From NCBI GenBank assembly GCA_002633005.1, contig NMRA01000013.1:1722403-1786402 (forward strand): DNA of 64,000 bases, read 5' to 3'. The notes under the pieces are model-generated. The model was given only the letters and a program-made list of their open reading frames with translations, was not told where the DNA came from and searched no databases. Shown one piece after another: positions 1 through 11,975 of the stretch. Made by a program: the position numbers and the translations under genes. Position 1 is the first letter of the stretch, and the number at the start of each line of letters is the position of its first letter. This DNA comes from Phoronis australis. Its lineage: Eukaryota > Animalia > Phoronida.

Positions 1-216
1 GAATAATCATGGAATAATCGTTAAAATAATCACAAACCTTACCTTTGTATGAGGTCGTGCTTACTTCCTCTCATAGAAGCACCCTTTTTACGCAATCTCA
101 GATTCAGTTGGCACGGCTGCAAGCCATTTCACCATGTATTTAAAGGGCTCGCGAAATCGAGGCTGTTAATCTATCACCACTAGTACACTCACGCCCTCTA
201 GTTATTGCAGATTTAC

Positions 217-3200
217 CGAATAGCCCCATTGCCAGTTTATACTTGTCTTTCTCAGAACCTACGTAGAAGTTGCTATAGACGGCGTAGGCTTTCTTATTGC
301 TGTTATCTTCCAAATCAACGCGTAACTTATAGGAACGTTGATGTGTTAGTCGGTGGATATTATCGTTGCCTACAATATCAACAGAGAAGATACAGTGGGT
401 ATCATCGTTGCCTTCAATATCAACAGAAATGATATGGTGAATTTCATTATTGCCTTCAATGTCAACTGAAAAGATACAGTGAATATTATCGTTGCCTTCA
501 ATATCACCGGAAAAGATACAGTGGATGTTATCGGTGCTCCCATTATCAACAGAAAAGATACGGTGGATATTATCATTACCTTCAATATCAACAGAAAATA
601 TACGATGGATAGTATCGTTGCCTTCAATATCAACAGAAAAAATACAATGGAAGTAGCAACCATTGCAATTAGCAAACGAGAAAAAGGTTTTTGAAACGCA
701 CAAAACGTAATGTATAATTATTTGAATGACGAGGAAAGTGATTTTTACTGAGGAAGGGTAGTTTATAGCCGCTTTCGATAGTTGTTATTTACGCCTGTGT
801 CATAATCACACTGAAAATGAAGAATAGATGCGTCATATACTTACCCAACCAGAACTCCCCTTTAATGTTTCCAAAGCCAAGCTTATAGTCACGCCAATCC
901 CGAAAGAAGTTTACAGATCCATCTTGGCGTCTCTGGAAAACCTATTTGAAATATCGATGACTACAATGACTATAGTACTCAATTGCAGTCGTTTTGCGTA
1001 GGTTCTTAATCCAAAAGTGTTTTTGGGTGTAGACCTGCTGCACCTGTACGAGTGTAACTACTTCATTTGTAGTCGTCAATAACAGAGGAGTCCGCAAGGA
1101 TATAACAGATACAACATCTCGTATATCGGTTATTCCAAATTCTGTTTGAAAGGAAGTTCACACTGCTCTCGTTATAGATCCTCGGGTATCACACAACTCG
1201 TAACAACAATCGTCAACCTGTCATTAGATGCTCAATCTACATTTCAGTCTGCCGTCGTGGTGAAGTGAAACGCTTCAAGAAATGACTCTAAACGATAAAA
1301 AGCGACATCTGTTTTTAAATAGACATTCCTTTTTATTGTCTACTTCGTTACTTATGGTAACATTTCTTCAAAATTTCTTCTAAATTACAAAGTTTTGTTT
1401 CAGGAAATCATATGTTTAAAATCCTTGGTGAGCACAATATGTGTTACGTAGTCGCGAGACAGTGCGTTTTCTATAAAGGGCAGTCTTTACTGAGATTTAC
1501 GCAACGTCCACCGACAGACGTAATATATAAACATATGTATATTTTTTCATTCACTCTCAGGAAGTCTTGGGTTTCAAAATGAAGATTTTAACATTCCGCA
1601 AATAAAAGTGTAAGTCTTTATTTTTGACGGTTAAATCTGGCTTGGGCTATGAGGATTTTAAAAATGATCCAAAAACTTTCATGTACGTCCGAGCTAATAA
1701 AAGAAATAAACACAATTTTCAAGTTTCCTGCGAAAACGTTGACGTCAGTTTAACTTACAGCGATCTTAGTTAAGTCACAACTTTTTAGAAAAGCACTGTC
1801 ACGTGACTGCAAACGCTGTGCACGTGTTTCTGTTCCTACCAGAGAATTTAGAAATACATGTATACGATTTTATAGATGAAGTCCTTTAGAAGATATTCAA
1901 AGAAATGTAACCCTTGATAACGAAGGTAGCCTTAAAGGAGACCTTTAAGCCCCGTAGTGAACAAAACAGGTGACAATCATGTAGCCATTGATGACTAATT
2001 AAAAAATAAAATGAAACATGACACGCGAAAGTACTTTGGGCGACGCAAAGAATACGCATATCGGTCTCACCAATCATTGCTTTACTTTTTTCACCTCTTA
2101 GTTTATTTAAAGCGGTGTTTATAGCAAACATTTGGTCATATCAGTGAGTTGCAGAAACGTGTAGAGCCATGTTGCCTCGCTTACCGTCCAACCACCTCCG
2201 TCGGTCACCATGTCACAGTACACCTCCATCGTAACCAAGCCGTCTTTGAGTTGGATGGTGTACACGCCGCTTTCTTTGACGCCATTTTTGTACAAATCGG
2301 CACAATCCTTTGCTAAAACTGGAGAATCGATCTCAGTTATAATACAGGGTGTCCTAAAATGTACTCACACTTCAAACAACATTAAGTGCGTTGTTTATTC
2401 ATAGAATACAGTAGAAAAGATTGCCAACTCCTGAAAATTTATCTCACAAAAACGGCAAGGAATCGCAAAGACAAATGAAATTTCGTCCCACGTTGATGAG
2501 AACGTTCTCATTGGTGTTAATTTATATTGTTATTTCTATTTTGACCTCAACTTTACGATTTCAAACCAGCAATCTTGTTCTTAAGTCAATAAACAACGCA
2601 ATTACTGCCATTTTAAGCGCGAGTAGATTTTTGGGACACCCTGTACAGATGAATAATCAAAAGTAGCATGAGTAGTGTAAGTCAATTCAAAGTTCCGCAC
2701 GGTGAGTACCAGTCCGATACCTTTTCACAAATGACGGTTAAGATTCGAATTTCCTGCTGACCTACATTTTTTATTTTTCTGCTAATTTTGACCCAGGTTC
2801 CCTTCCAGTGAAATTTAAGCAACTCTCAACAAACTGACGTTACCTCTTCGTTTGTTGACGCATGCTCTCATCACTTTCATACACACCAGGTCTTCTTCCA
2901 CTGTGTTAAATTTGCCTTTAGTGGTCTTCATTATTCTTTGGAGTTCATCGAACAGTGCAGGCCTATCTCTCGTTTCTGCAAGTCTTAATCTAAAAAACAA
3001 GTGAATTCATGCCTTGATGTACTTCAGTACCGGGATAGAGCGCATGGCAACACGAGTCCACGATTTCGTCGTCCATCTTGAATATTCAAGTGGGTGGAGT
3101 AAAAAACCCACGTGCGTTTCCCACGTAAGTGGACGGGAGACTTAGGCCCAAAGAGCTATATGTTATACTTATCTCATTGGTTAGGCCCGTTAAAACCATT

Positions 3201-5688
3201 ATTTTTTCGAAAGATCGACCATAAATTGCCAAAAATTTGCAATTATATCTTTTACAACATCTTTAATTTGTCACAAACTTGTTTTTCTTCCTGAGAGCCT
3301 TGTATGCTCAATACGTTGGAGCGCATTGTACAATGGAGATGTTGTCGGTTAAAATCCGGTACTTTGCAAGGTAGGCCACTTTTTCAAGAAGTCCACTGCC
3401 CAACGTCAGCATAACATTGACATTGTTTCTTAGCCTTTGATCCAATTAGTAAAAACAAGTCTCCAAATTCTTTCAATCAAAGCCTTAATACTATTGCAAT
3501 AGCAAATTATTGCTATCACCTATCACCACAGCATCATCTTCTGCCCACAAAAGCCGAAAGCCAAAAAGCGAAGTAAAAAAAAATTCTTGAATGATCTGAA
3601 AGATTGTGGGTCCAAACAATAGCGAAATAGTCACGTATTTGTGGCGTGAATTTGTTATCAAGTGCTATTCACCAGACCACTGCACTTTTATTGTCGGGTC
3701 TCCATAGAGCGCAGTGTTAAATCGGCTTGTTTACTCAACCGAGTTCTCCACCGCGCATGCGCGCACGAGCTGCACATGCTCAACTCGAAACCATTAACTC
3801 ATGCATTGGCCGTTGGGTGTTCGAGAGTGTTTTTTACTCTTTCGTGTTTTTCTGAATACGGTACATAGCGAACGCCAATAACTTTTTTCAAGAAACAGGC
3901 CTCAGCGTAGGCTTTCCGACAAAAAATCACCGCAATACACCAAGGTAATAGACCTTGAGGTGAAATCGTAATGCATCTTGATGATCCAAACATAGCATGA
4001 CCGTTTCTTTTTAAGCAAAAGCGACATTTGTCTTTTCCAATGAACCGATCGACTACTTAAGGTTATGCAGGACAATTGCCCTAATATCTAGAAAAATGCA
4101 CTAAATATCGCACTGTCTTTATATAGAAAGCCTATACAACTTGATTTAGACTTTTTCCTATCTGCCGTTAACTGCTGGGTTCCTTGGGCATGCATTTTTA
4201 AGCAAATTTAGCACAAAAGCACAATGATACCAAAACAACGGTATCAATAACATGATAAGATATAAATGTGCACGATGAAATCTCAGAAACATCGTTAGAG
4301 TTTTCTGAAGTATTTCGATTTTGTTTCGTGCTACTTTTCTTCATGTTTTTCATAAAAATCCAATTTTAGATAGTCCCTCATGCAAAATTGGAAGGTTTTA
4401 AAATAATTCCTAATAGCATTTTAGAGAACCGTGCATAAATTACAATATTGAAAGTTTCATGTGAAACCGATCAGCTATTTCTGAGATGTGATGTCAAGGA
4501 GTCAGCCGATTTGGATTTTTACAGTCCTATGTAATCTTAACCCCTATTTAATCATTTTTGCAGTTGTTTACATAAAACTTGCGAATAAAGGTCGTCGACA
4601 ATTCTGAACATCTAAATAACTTAAGAAAATAACATTTCTAGTATGGCATGTTATGTGTTGCAAAATTCAATGTTCAAAAGTTATTTGATGTTATTATATT
4701 TATTCGATATCTTATATTTGCATTTGATTATATTCTTTGTATATCGGTTTTGACACTGACCAGCCAATAAACCACCAGGCCCAGACCCCAGGGTAGCCCG
4801 ACTGCAAGTCAACAAGTTCCGCTACAGTTGAGGCCTTGCAATTGGAGAGTTACTCGCTACCAAGGTATGAAACTCTGCATACCAATCGCAGCCGTCGTTT
4901 CAATTTACCCAGAGTTCCATTACAGACCATAACCGTAAACAACTTATCGAATGAAAACATGACATTATCGAATACAAATATAAAGCAGAATGAATAAATA
5001 TAATAACATCAAACATACATACAATCTTATCAAACATACATGTTGAAAACGTTGAAATTTGCAATACATAACACGCCATATTCCAGTCACGTTTACTTGA
5101 AAGATCAAATATTTCGGAGCTTAGTTACACGTTTTTTTTTGTGTTTAAAATACAACTCTAAAATGCAAGAAGCAGAGAACGAAATCAAAGTCCTGCGTTA
5201 TTATCTTATCTACTAACTTACCCGTAAACATTGGACAACCACGCCGGCACGGACAGGATCGATAATAATGATAGATGTTACAAGAACATATGGAATCATG
5301 AAAACTTTGATGTGAATCCGATCAGGTATTTCTGACATATGGTGCTACGAAGTTAGCAAACTTTGGACAATTTTTAGAGTCCTACGTAACCTTAACCTCT
5401 ATTTTAACATTTTTTTCACATTTGTCCAGAAAAACTTGCGAATTAAGATCAACGTGTCTTTTGAACATCGAAAACAGCATTTCCAGTCACGTTTACTAGA
5501 AAGGCCAAATATTTCATAACTTAGACGGTATTATGTATTGGTGTTTCTAATACAACTCTAAACAAAAAGTCCAAGAAACAGATACAGGATGCCCTCCGTT
5601 ATTATGTCGGTCATACACTAACTTACCCGTAGACATCAGACAGCAACACCGACACGGACAGGATCATCAGCAAACTATGCAGCCCCAT
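217..5688 (-). CDS. Fibrinogen-related domain protein, gene A (secreted FReD/ficolin-like); 5 exons in window, terminal exon presumably left of the window
   Basis: GT-AG exons with consistent phases (2,1,0,1,1): 5688-5627 signal peptide [21 protein letters not shown]; 2989-2844 coiled coil ..[29 protein letters not shown]..; 2318-2185 [32 protein letters not shown]; 941-845 [33 protein letters not shown]; 369-217 [20 protein letters not shown]. These are hallmark FBG motifs with intron positions typical of ficolin/angiopoietin-type genes. Confidence 0.9.
350..646. repeat. Tandem repeat, 42-bp unit x7, copying the intron 4/exon 5 junction of FReD gene A
   Basis: Minus-strand unit ~TATCTTTTCTGTTGATATTGAAG|GCAACGATAATATCCACCG; junction equivalents at 369, 411, 453, 495, 537, 579, 621; translates as ([14 protein letters not shown])n with no stops. 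Confidence 0.95.
2345..2643. mobile_element. Tc1/mariner-type MITE
   Basis: TA|CAGGGTGTCCTAAAATGTACTC ... GAGTAGATTTTTGGGACACCCTG|TA: terminal inverted repeats with TA target duplication. Confidence 0.85.
4642..5080. mobile_element. MITE with long imperfect TIRs (TATGGC...GCCATA)
   Basis: TATGGCATGTTATGTGTTGCAAAATTCAATGTT is the inverse of AACGTTGAAATTTGCAATACATAACACGCCATA. Flanks are TTCTAG/TTCCAG, and the paralogous empty site CATTTCCAGTCAC lies at ~5478-5490. Confidence 0.75.
5222..5268 (-). pseudogene. Degenerate duplicate of the gene A signal-peptide exon (ATG deleted, donor GG|GTAAGT retained)
   Basis: GATCCTGTCCGTGCCGGCGTGGTTGTCCAATGTTTACGG|GTAAGT aligns to exon 1 (5627-5688). It is part of a local ~400-bp tandem duplication (5081-5290 matches 5481-5710). 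Confidence 0.8.
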
Positions 5689-5699
5689 AATGATAGATG

Positions 5700-5905
5700 T
5701 TACACGAATTCACCAAATGAATTAAAATGTAATGTCGTCAGAAGACACGTTGGTTATATGCAATTTGACAGCGACCGACACACTTTTTAATGATGTTTGA
5801 TCTTGTAGCTGCAATAGACTCTAGATTGTACCATAAAGAATGCCGTGCTTTGGAGCTCAGAAAACCAGGCCTTGCGGCCATCACGAGGACACTCAGAACC
5901 ACTGA
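5700..5905 (-). promoter_or_regulatory. Putative core promoter of FReD gene A
   Basis: Alignable to 29455-29650 upstream of gene B; CATATAA at 5760-5754 sits at the position of gene B's TATATAA, ~70 nt upstream of the ATG. Confidence 0.5.
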
Positions 5906-6348
5906 GACGTGTTATTAAACTGTAATGTTGCGCTCTCACTTGACTAGTGAGAACATCGGCCATTTCTTAAGATGAAAGTGACATGCATAGGCTTTAAACA
6001 AATGCTAATTGTTAAAAGTGACTCAGAGATAAATAAAAAGATAGTAACAAAAAGTAAATTAGAAAAGTTACGACGAATTCATCGCTTTACTCTGTAAGCT
6101 CTATAAAAAGTATTGGGGTTGGCCAACCCTAAAGAAGCGAATTTATGTCTATAAACCCACCTCACATCAAAACGAATCAAATTTTCCTATAAATCATTCA
6201 CCTTTAAGAAATTGGTCTAAAATTTGAAGTGATTTCAGAGTTTTGATGGAACTGGCAGTTCGTTATTGTTTGGGATCAGGCTCTACAAGTTAGCCGATCA
6301 CGGCGAGTCATTTTATATGCCAGCCTTGGTGTCAACAAAGACGTTAAC

Positions 6349-8270
6349 TAGTCGAGTAAAAAAAATGGCCNTCAACTTTTAAGTTGCATTTTTTCAAAGA
6401 AAAATATGTGTGAAAACTAAAAAAATGATGTCAACGAACCGAAAAAGTGTCCCACGTGCGTATTTATGCCAATTAATGCCGCCATTACCGATTTTTCGTT
6501 ATTTTATGATATCTCACTTTCTTATTCTTGTAAAGGAACAAATCAAGTGTCAAAACCGATATTTTGAGGGTCAAGCATTACGATAGAATAATTTTCTTCC
6601 TAATCTATTACATCTAATTTGTATTATACGGTTACTTACAATCAATACTACACTGAAAGTGTACATAAGCCAATATAAACACTGAATGTGCAACTTTCAG
6701 TGTTTATACAATCAGCTCTTTAATGAGCCAATTTTCAACAAATGTTTTAAATATTTCAAGGAAAAAACGCCGGAAAATGATTGCAGAAATATGGACAATC
6801 ATTAGGTGTTGATGTCACTGATTACATGTTCAAACACTCCATGTCACTTTCATTGCTTTCCGTTAAACTTCCATACAAGCCTCCACTTTCCTCTTCTGTG
6901 TCCACTTCACAAACATTGGTGAGCAAGAAATCAATCAGTGAGTTTGGTAAGATGGCTCACACAACATGACCACAAAGGTCGTACCACTCTTTCGTCAGTC
7001 CTCATTCACCCTTGTCCTTCGTCACAAGGTTTTGGCTGCTCATTTATAAGTTCGCAAGCACGCTTGTACAAGGTGATACGGTGATTTACTCGTTGGATGT
7101 GAAATTTCAGTGCAGACTGGCACGAGGGAAGTCGAGCAAGGTCAATCTTGGACTTGTGAGGATTTCATCTTCACCAATCCTTTTACGTAACATCTTGGCA
7201 CGAGTAGCATCTTTCGATGACTCACGACTCTGACCGCACATGACGGAGGCAGTTGAACTCATCCAACTTACATCCCAATCAACGCCCCGTTGCCTGAATG
7301 CAAGGTGAAATTTTGGATTCTTTTCTAGTTTCTTAAAGGGGCCACCCTTTCCTTTACGTTTAAACGCACTGGTGCAATCTTCTCCATTGTATACGTAAAA
7401 TCCAAGTAGAGCTTCACAGTAGTCTTTGCCCAAGGATTTTGCTAGGTCGGAGAGATTCAGTAGTCGCGGATGTTTTCCAGACCCCGTATCTAGATATAAA
7501 GTCAACTTTACAGAGTGCCTGCAGCAAAATGACAAAGACATTAGTGTCAGAGATTCAGACGACGTCGTTTCTGTACCAAGTGAGGCAGCGTACTGGAGGT
7601 TACTGTAGCTTTGTGGGATCTCCTGAGTATGAACAGGAAACATCAAATCACTTTTATAATTACATTATGACATCGCATTTTAGTTCTCTTCAGAAAAAAG
7701 ATTTCAGGCTCCATCGCCACAAGATGCCCGTCTACAATCAGGATGGCCATCTCAGTTTTCTTCTACCTAGAAACTGCCTTCTCACCACTCCAGATTTGCA
7801 GTAACAGTTGACAGAGTTGCTTTTTTGTCATCGTTTGCAAGAAAAGTTTTGAAGTCATGCGGCTTTTGTGTAGCTGGTCCAACCAAAATTATTTTCTCTG
7901 AACTGCCACGTCACAACCGCTCCTGGCTTTGAGAGATTCAGGGTGGTAGCTGTCAGTTGAGAACAAGAAGTGCTTCTTCGACACCATTTGATCAAGTACT
8001 TGTAAACAGATATTGCCACATGTTGGAGGGAGAATAGCTAACGTATGGAGAAGTGCAAAACCATCTTGGATGAACAGATCATCCTCAGTATAATGAATGT
8101 CTTCTGGCGCAATGTCGTTCAGAAGATAACGCGAAATAGAGGCTTTGTTGGTCTTGGAAAAATGCCTGGTGTTCCAAGACAAGGGGGCACCGGTATCATG
8201 CAGTACTTCATGAGTTCTGGCATGTTCAATGGCTCGCCCAGTGTCTGGGATTTAACGGATTGTTCTAAAA
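6349..8270 (-). mobile_element. Decayed Academ (AcademX-like) DNA transposon, 3' part encoding the XPG/FEN1-like PIN nuclease region
   Basis: Frameshifted minus-strand peptides LMKYCMIPVPPCLGTP..SKTNKA..FIQDGFALLHTL..PPTCG..FSTDSY; LYLDTGSGKHPRLLNLSDLAKSLGKDYCEALLGFYVYNGEDCTSAFKRKGK (H3TH-like); CQSALKFHIQRVNHRITLYKRA. Candidate terminus TAGTCGAGTAAAA at 6349 fits Academ TAG ends; the other end was not found. Confidence 0.7.
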
Positions 8271-8621
8271 CCCCTTCGACACCCACGACCCTCTCGACCC
8301 ACAATCCCACGACCTGTGGCAATAGATACATCTGCGCTTTTTACACATTTCAAAATCGCATTACGTCTCGGAGCGACTTTCCCATGAGACTTACCAGCAC
8401 GAGAATTTGATCGAGCTCAAGTCTGGTGGTTAAAACGGAAAGTGGCGTAAGAACATGACCTGATATAGTGAATTGTGAGCGTGCTATTTCTTGTCATGGA
8501 AATAGTTCCACGAGTACCTACCAATGGCCTTATTCTACTAAACTTAGGGAGATAGTACGTTAACGTGAATGCACATAATTTCATATTTTTATTGTTTTTT
8601 GTTGTATACTCTACTATTATT

Positions 8622-8892
8622 AAAATCTCATGGTCTATTTACATCCGACCTCTTGTCTATTACGACGTTTCGGTCGATGAGGTGCTGGAGTCAAATTATC
8701 TGTAGTTTCAGAAGTCGTGGGTTCAAACCCTTCCTCGGACAAAAAAATCACACCATGATGAGTGTACCACATATCCATGCTCGCTCTTCTAAGAACGCAG
8801 GAACACCTGACGATGGCCGGAGGATAGACCGACCGAAACGTCGTGACAGTGTAAATAGACAAAAGGTCGGTGTAAATAGACCAAGAGATTTT
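8622..8892. mobile_element. MITE-like inverted repeat element
   Basis: AAAATCTCATGGTCTATTTACATCCGACCTCTTGTCTATT..ACGACGTTTCGGTCG is the inverse of CGACCGAAACGTCGT..AATAGACAAAAGGTCGGTGTAAATAGACCAAGAGATTTT. Confidence 0.7.
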
Positions 8893-11800
8893 GATGATAG
8901 TTGTAACACACCACCACCTCAGAGAGCGGTTTTAGAAAGTCATGTTGTATACTCGTTTACAATATACTACATGAAACTGAGATACTTTTTTAGTTAACAG
9001 TTTGTTTTCGAAACTGTATTTACTGAACAAATTACGTATTCGGGGTTTGTCGCACTCTCCCAAAAAACTTGAATCTGCCATACATCGAAGAGCAGACGAA
9101 ACGATTACACTCTTCTGGGAACGACATTTGTAACGTTGGTAGGTCTTTGATTTGATTTGGTCGTGTTGTTGTTTTTTTCTGCTTTTGGCCTTCAAACTTG
9201 CCAAATCGACTTTCTTAATTGCAAAAAGAATCAGAAAAAGCCAGCTGAGCTCACGGCCATACTCGATGGTCCTGTTAGTCAGGGATCTCTTGCATTGAAG
9301 ACCTGCTGATTTTGCGTTTCCTCGACTGTAATGCGTCTACGGAACGGTTACCTTCATTACTTTCCGTAAACTCCGCTATTTTGAATGTTAGGTTCAATAC
9401 TATATATAGCTCAAGGCCCACTAGCGTCTGGAAAGCGACGGCATGTACCGTTTCGAGTACTCTCTAAAAGTTCACTCATCCTGGTTTACAACTATACTCG
9501 GATCGCAGGCTGTCGTTCTCGAAGCAGTCCATGATATGTTGGCTACATACTACCGAATACGGCGGCGCTCCACTCGCGAACTTTGCAAAGTCTTCTCACT
9601 TGTGACGCAGTCTTGGATCTGTGGGAAACTTGTGCAAAGATACCCCAGCCCTTGGCGTATTGCCACAGCCTCCAACTACAAACGGTCAGGCATTCTTCTT
9701 CAAATATTTACTCCAGTTTAAATCTAAAAATCCATCTAAATTTGACAAAACAAGTTAAAGTACTCCTCATGGCACACAGCAATGGACACTGTGGACTGAC
9801 TCTGCAATGATCGGGTCACTCCCTACTAACTACTGTAGCATGTTTATGACAACACACAAGGCCATGTGCATATGTGCCACATTTCAGAGAATTAATTGGC
9901 AAAAGTTGCATAATAAACCCATTCTAACAAACAGAAAAATTCCATTTGTGTCAGATAGTCCCAGTGCAAACTTATGGACAGACTCTGGCAGTGATCGGGT
10001 CGCGCTCCCGATGTGACGTGTTTCCGAAGTTGAAAATTTTCTGTCCTCAAAATTTTGTGGGGAGGTGGGAGCATGTTTTACACGAATAATAGAAGAATAT
10101 GGGGAATGAAATAAAAAGAAATGTGGTTTATAAGCATTCTTTATTAACAGTCAACACATGTGTATACATATTAACTACATTTAAATAGCTCTGAACAAAT
10201 CACTTTAAGAAACTGAATCGAGGTTTTGTTTACTGCCCGTGTTAATTAATTGCAACTTTTCAAGTCAAAGGTGGTCGTCATAAAACGTAACAGTACACTG
10301 AAAAGGGCTTCCCAGATTTCAACCAATGGGAGTTACTGAATGTTATGACGTCGGCTTTCTTTACTTTAAAACTCAAAATTCTTGTGGAATTTCTCTCATC
10401 TCGTTTTTTCATTCGTTTTTCCGATTCGGATGGGTATTTGATTGAACCTGTCGAACCTAACTCAAGAGAAAACTGTGGTTTGGAAAGCTGCTAACTGAAG
10501 ATCAGAGTTTTTGGAGCCTTAGTGAAAAGAATTCTCAATGTCATTATAAATGACACGTCCAAGAAGCCTTGCATTGTCTGTTTTACAGTCATTTGTTGTG
10601 TTGAGTTTATATTTTTACCGAAAATTGTGACACAATAATGTCCCAGCGAAGTGCATTTAGCATGAGAGTATTAGATATTTGTGCGACTTGTTTTAACAAT
10701 TAAAATTGTTACTTTTTGTGCTCGAACATTGACAACGGTTCACATGAACAAAAGTTTGTGTTCTATTGATTTTTGCTTGCCTCCCTCTAAGTCTGCACAC
10801 CGCACTGATACATGCAAATGTATCCTACATTAACAAAAAACATTGAAGTAGGTATAACGACAATATTTTGTTTTCATATCGGTTCTAGCCAGATTCGGGT
10901 AGTTGGTGTACCTGCAATAACTAATATCTCCCACCGCTTCGTAACTGGGTCCCAGGGTGCATCAGAGAAAAGCATCTAGAGTTTGTGTTTGAAAGGCAGA
11001 TTCAAGTTGTGTACGTATTTATTTGCAAAAAAATAAATAAAAATGTCAATGATTGGATCATATCGTTATTTCTTAATCACTATTTACTGTAGTCTTATTT
11101 GCCTCCATTGCACGGCTACTAAGCAATTAAAGCTGCTACAAGCCCGTTTTGTTTAAACAAATCTTGATTTAGGACACTTTCCATTGTTATAGTAGTCCCA
11201 GTCTGTTCGTTACTCGGGTTAGAAAGGATTTCTGATCTTGGGAAGCACCGAAAGCTCATTAACACGCTGAGAGCACTGAGGCTCAACAACTTGGCTTAAT
11301 CCTGCCGGTCATCTTAAGCATGGAGCATGGTCTCCTTAGCAATGATGAACCTTCAATTTTCCCAAGAAATTCCTTCCAGTCTAAGTTAGGAACAAGTTGA
11401 GACCATTTTGATATAGGTAACAGACCTAAATCAAAAGTTTTTTTTCAGAAGGCGAGGTAATAGCCTCATAGATCTCGTGTTATAAAGAATCCTTAAACAA
11501 ATTCTGAAACCTCGTCCGCAGAAACATGAAATCAGAAATAAAAAGTGCGACCCCATTTAGGTGAAAACATTTACTTCTGACATTTCTCAAGGAGACGGAT
11601 TCCGTGGAACTCCACAGACTCTCGACTTTTGATCCTCGAACGGTTTAAAATGACTTTTTTTAAAAAAAGTAACTCTTAAAAGTGATCGCCTTCCTACACA
11701 AAAACTCAATTTTTGATTTAGACGATATAACCTCTATGAAATTAGTTTCAAATTGTTTCTCAATCACACAGAGGTGTTTTCTGGTCATAGGAAGAACTGA

Positions 11801-11975
11801 AAGTGAGTGATCTAAATCATTAAAGTTAGTTTCTTTGTCGGATCAAGGGTTTACTGCCGTTTCGCGTTTCCAAACAAAGAACGATAAGGGATAAAACACC
11901 AGGTGCATTGTTTGGTGCTGGAGTTATTTATTTCAGTACTTCCCATTCTTACAGGAAACTGACAGTGGCATTAGT

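Noticed and set aside
350-646. CRISPR-like array
   Set aside because: The units are contiguous degenerate copies with no unique spacers, there are no cas genes, and the context is eukaryotic.
140-703. 187-aa ORF as a single-exon repeat protein
   Set aside because: It is exon 5 of gene A read through the intronic 42-bp repeat and flanks; the start is non-ATG and unsupported.
9788-10010. Imperfect ~38-bp direct repeat pair (TGGACTGACTCTGCAATGATCGGGTC / TGGACAGACTCTGGCAGTGATCGGGTC)
   Set aside because: Only two diverged copies with no interpretable element structure.
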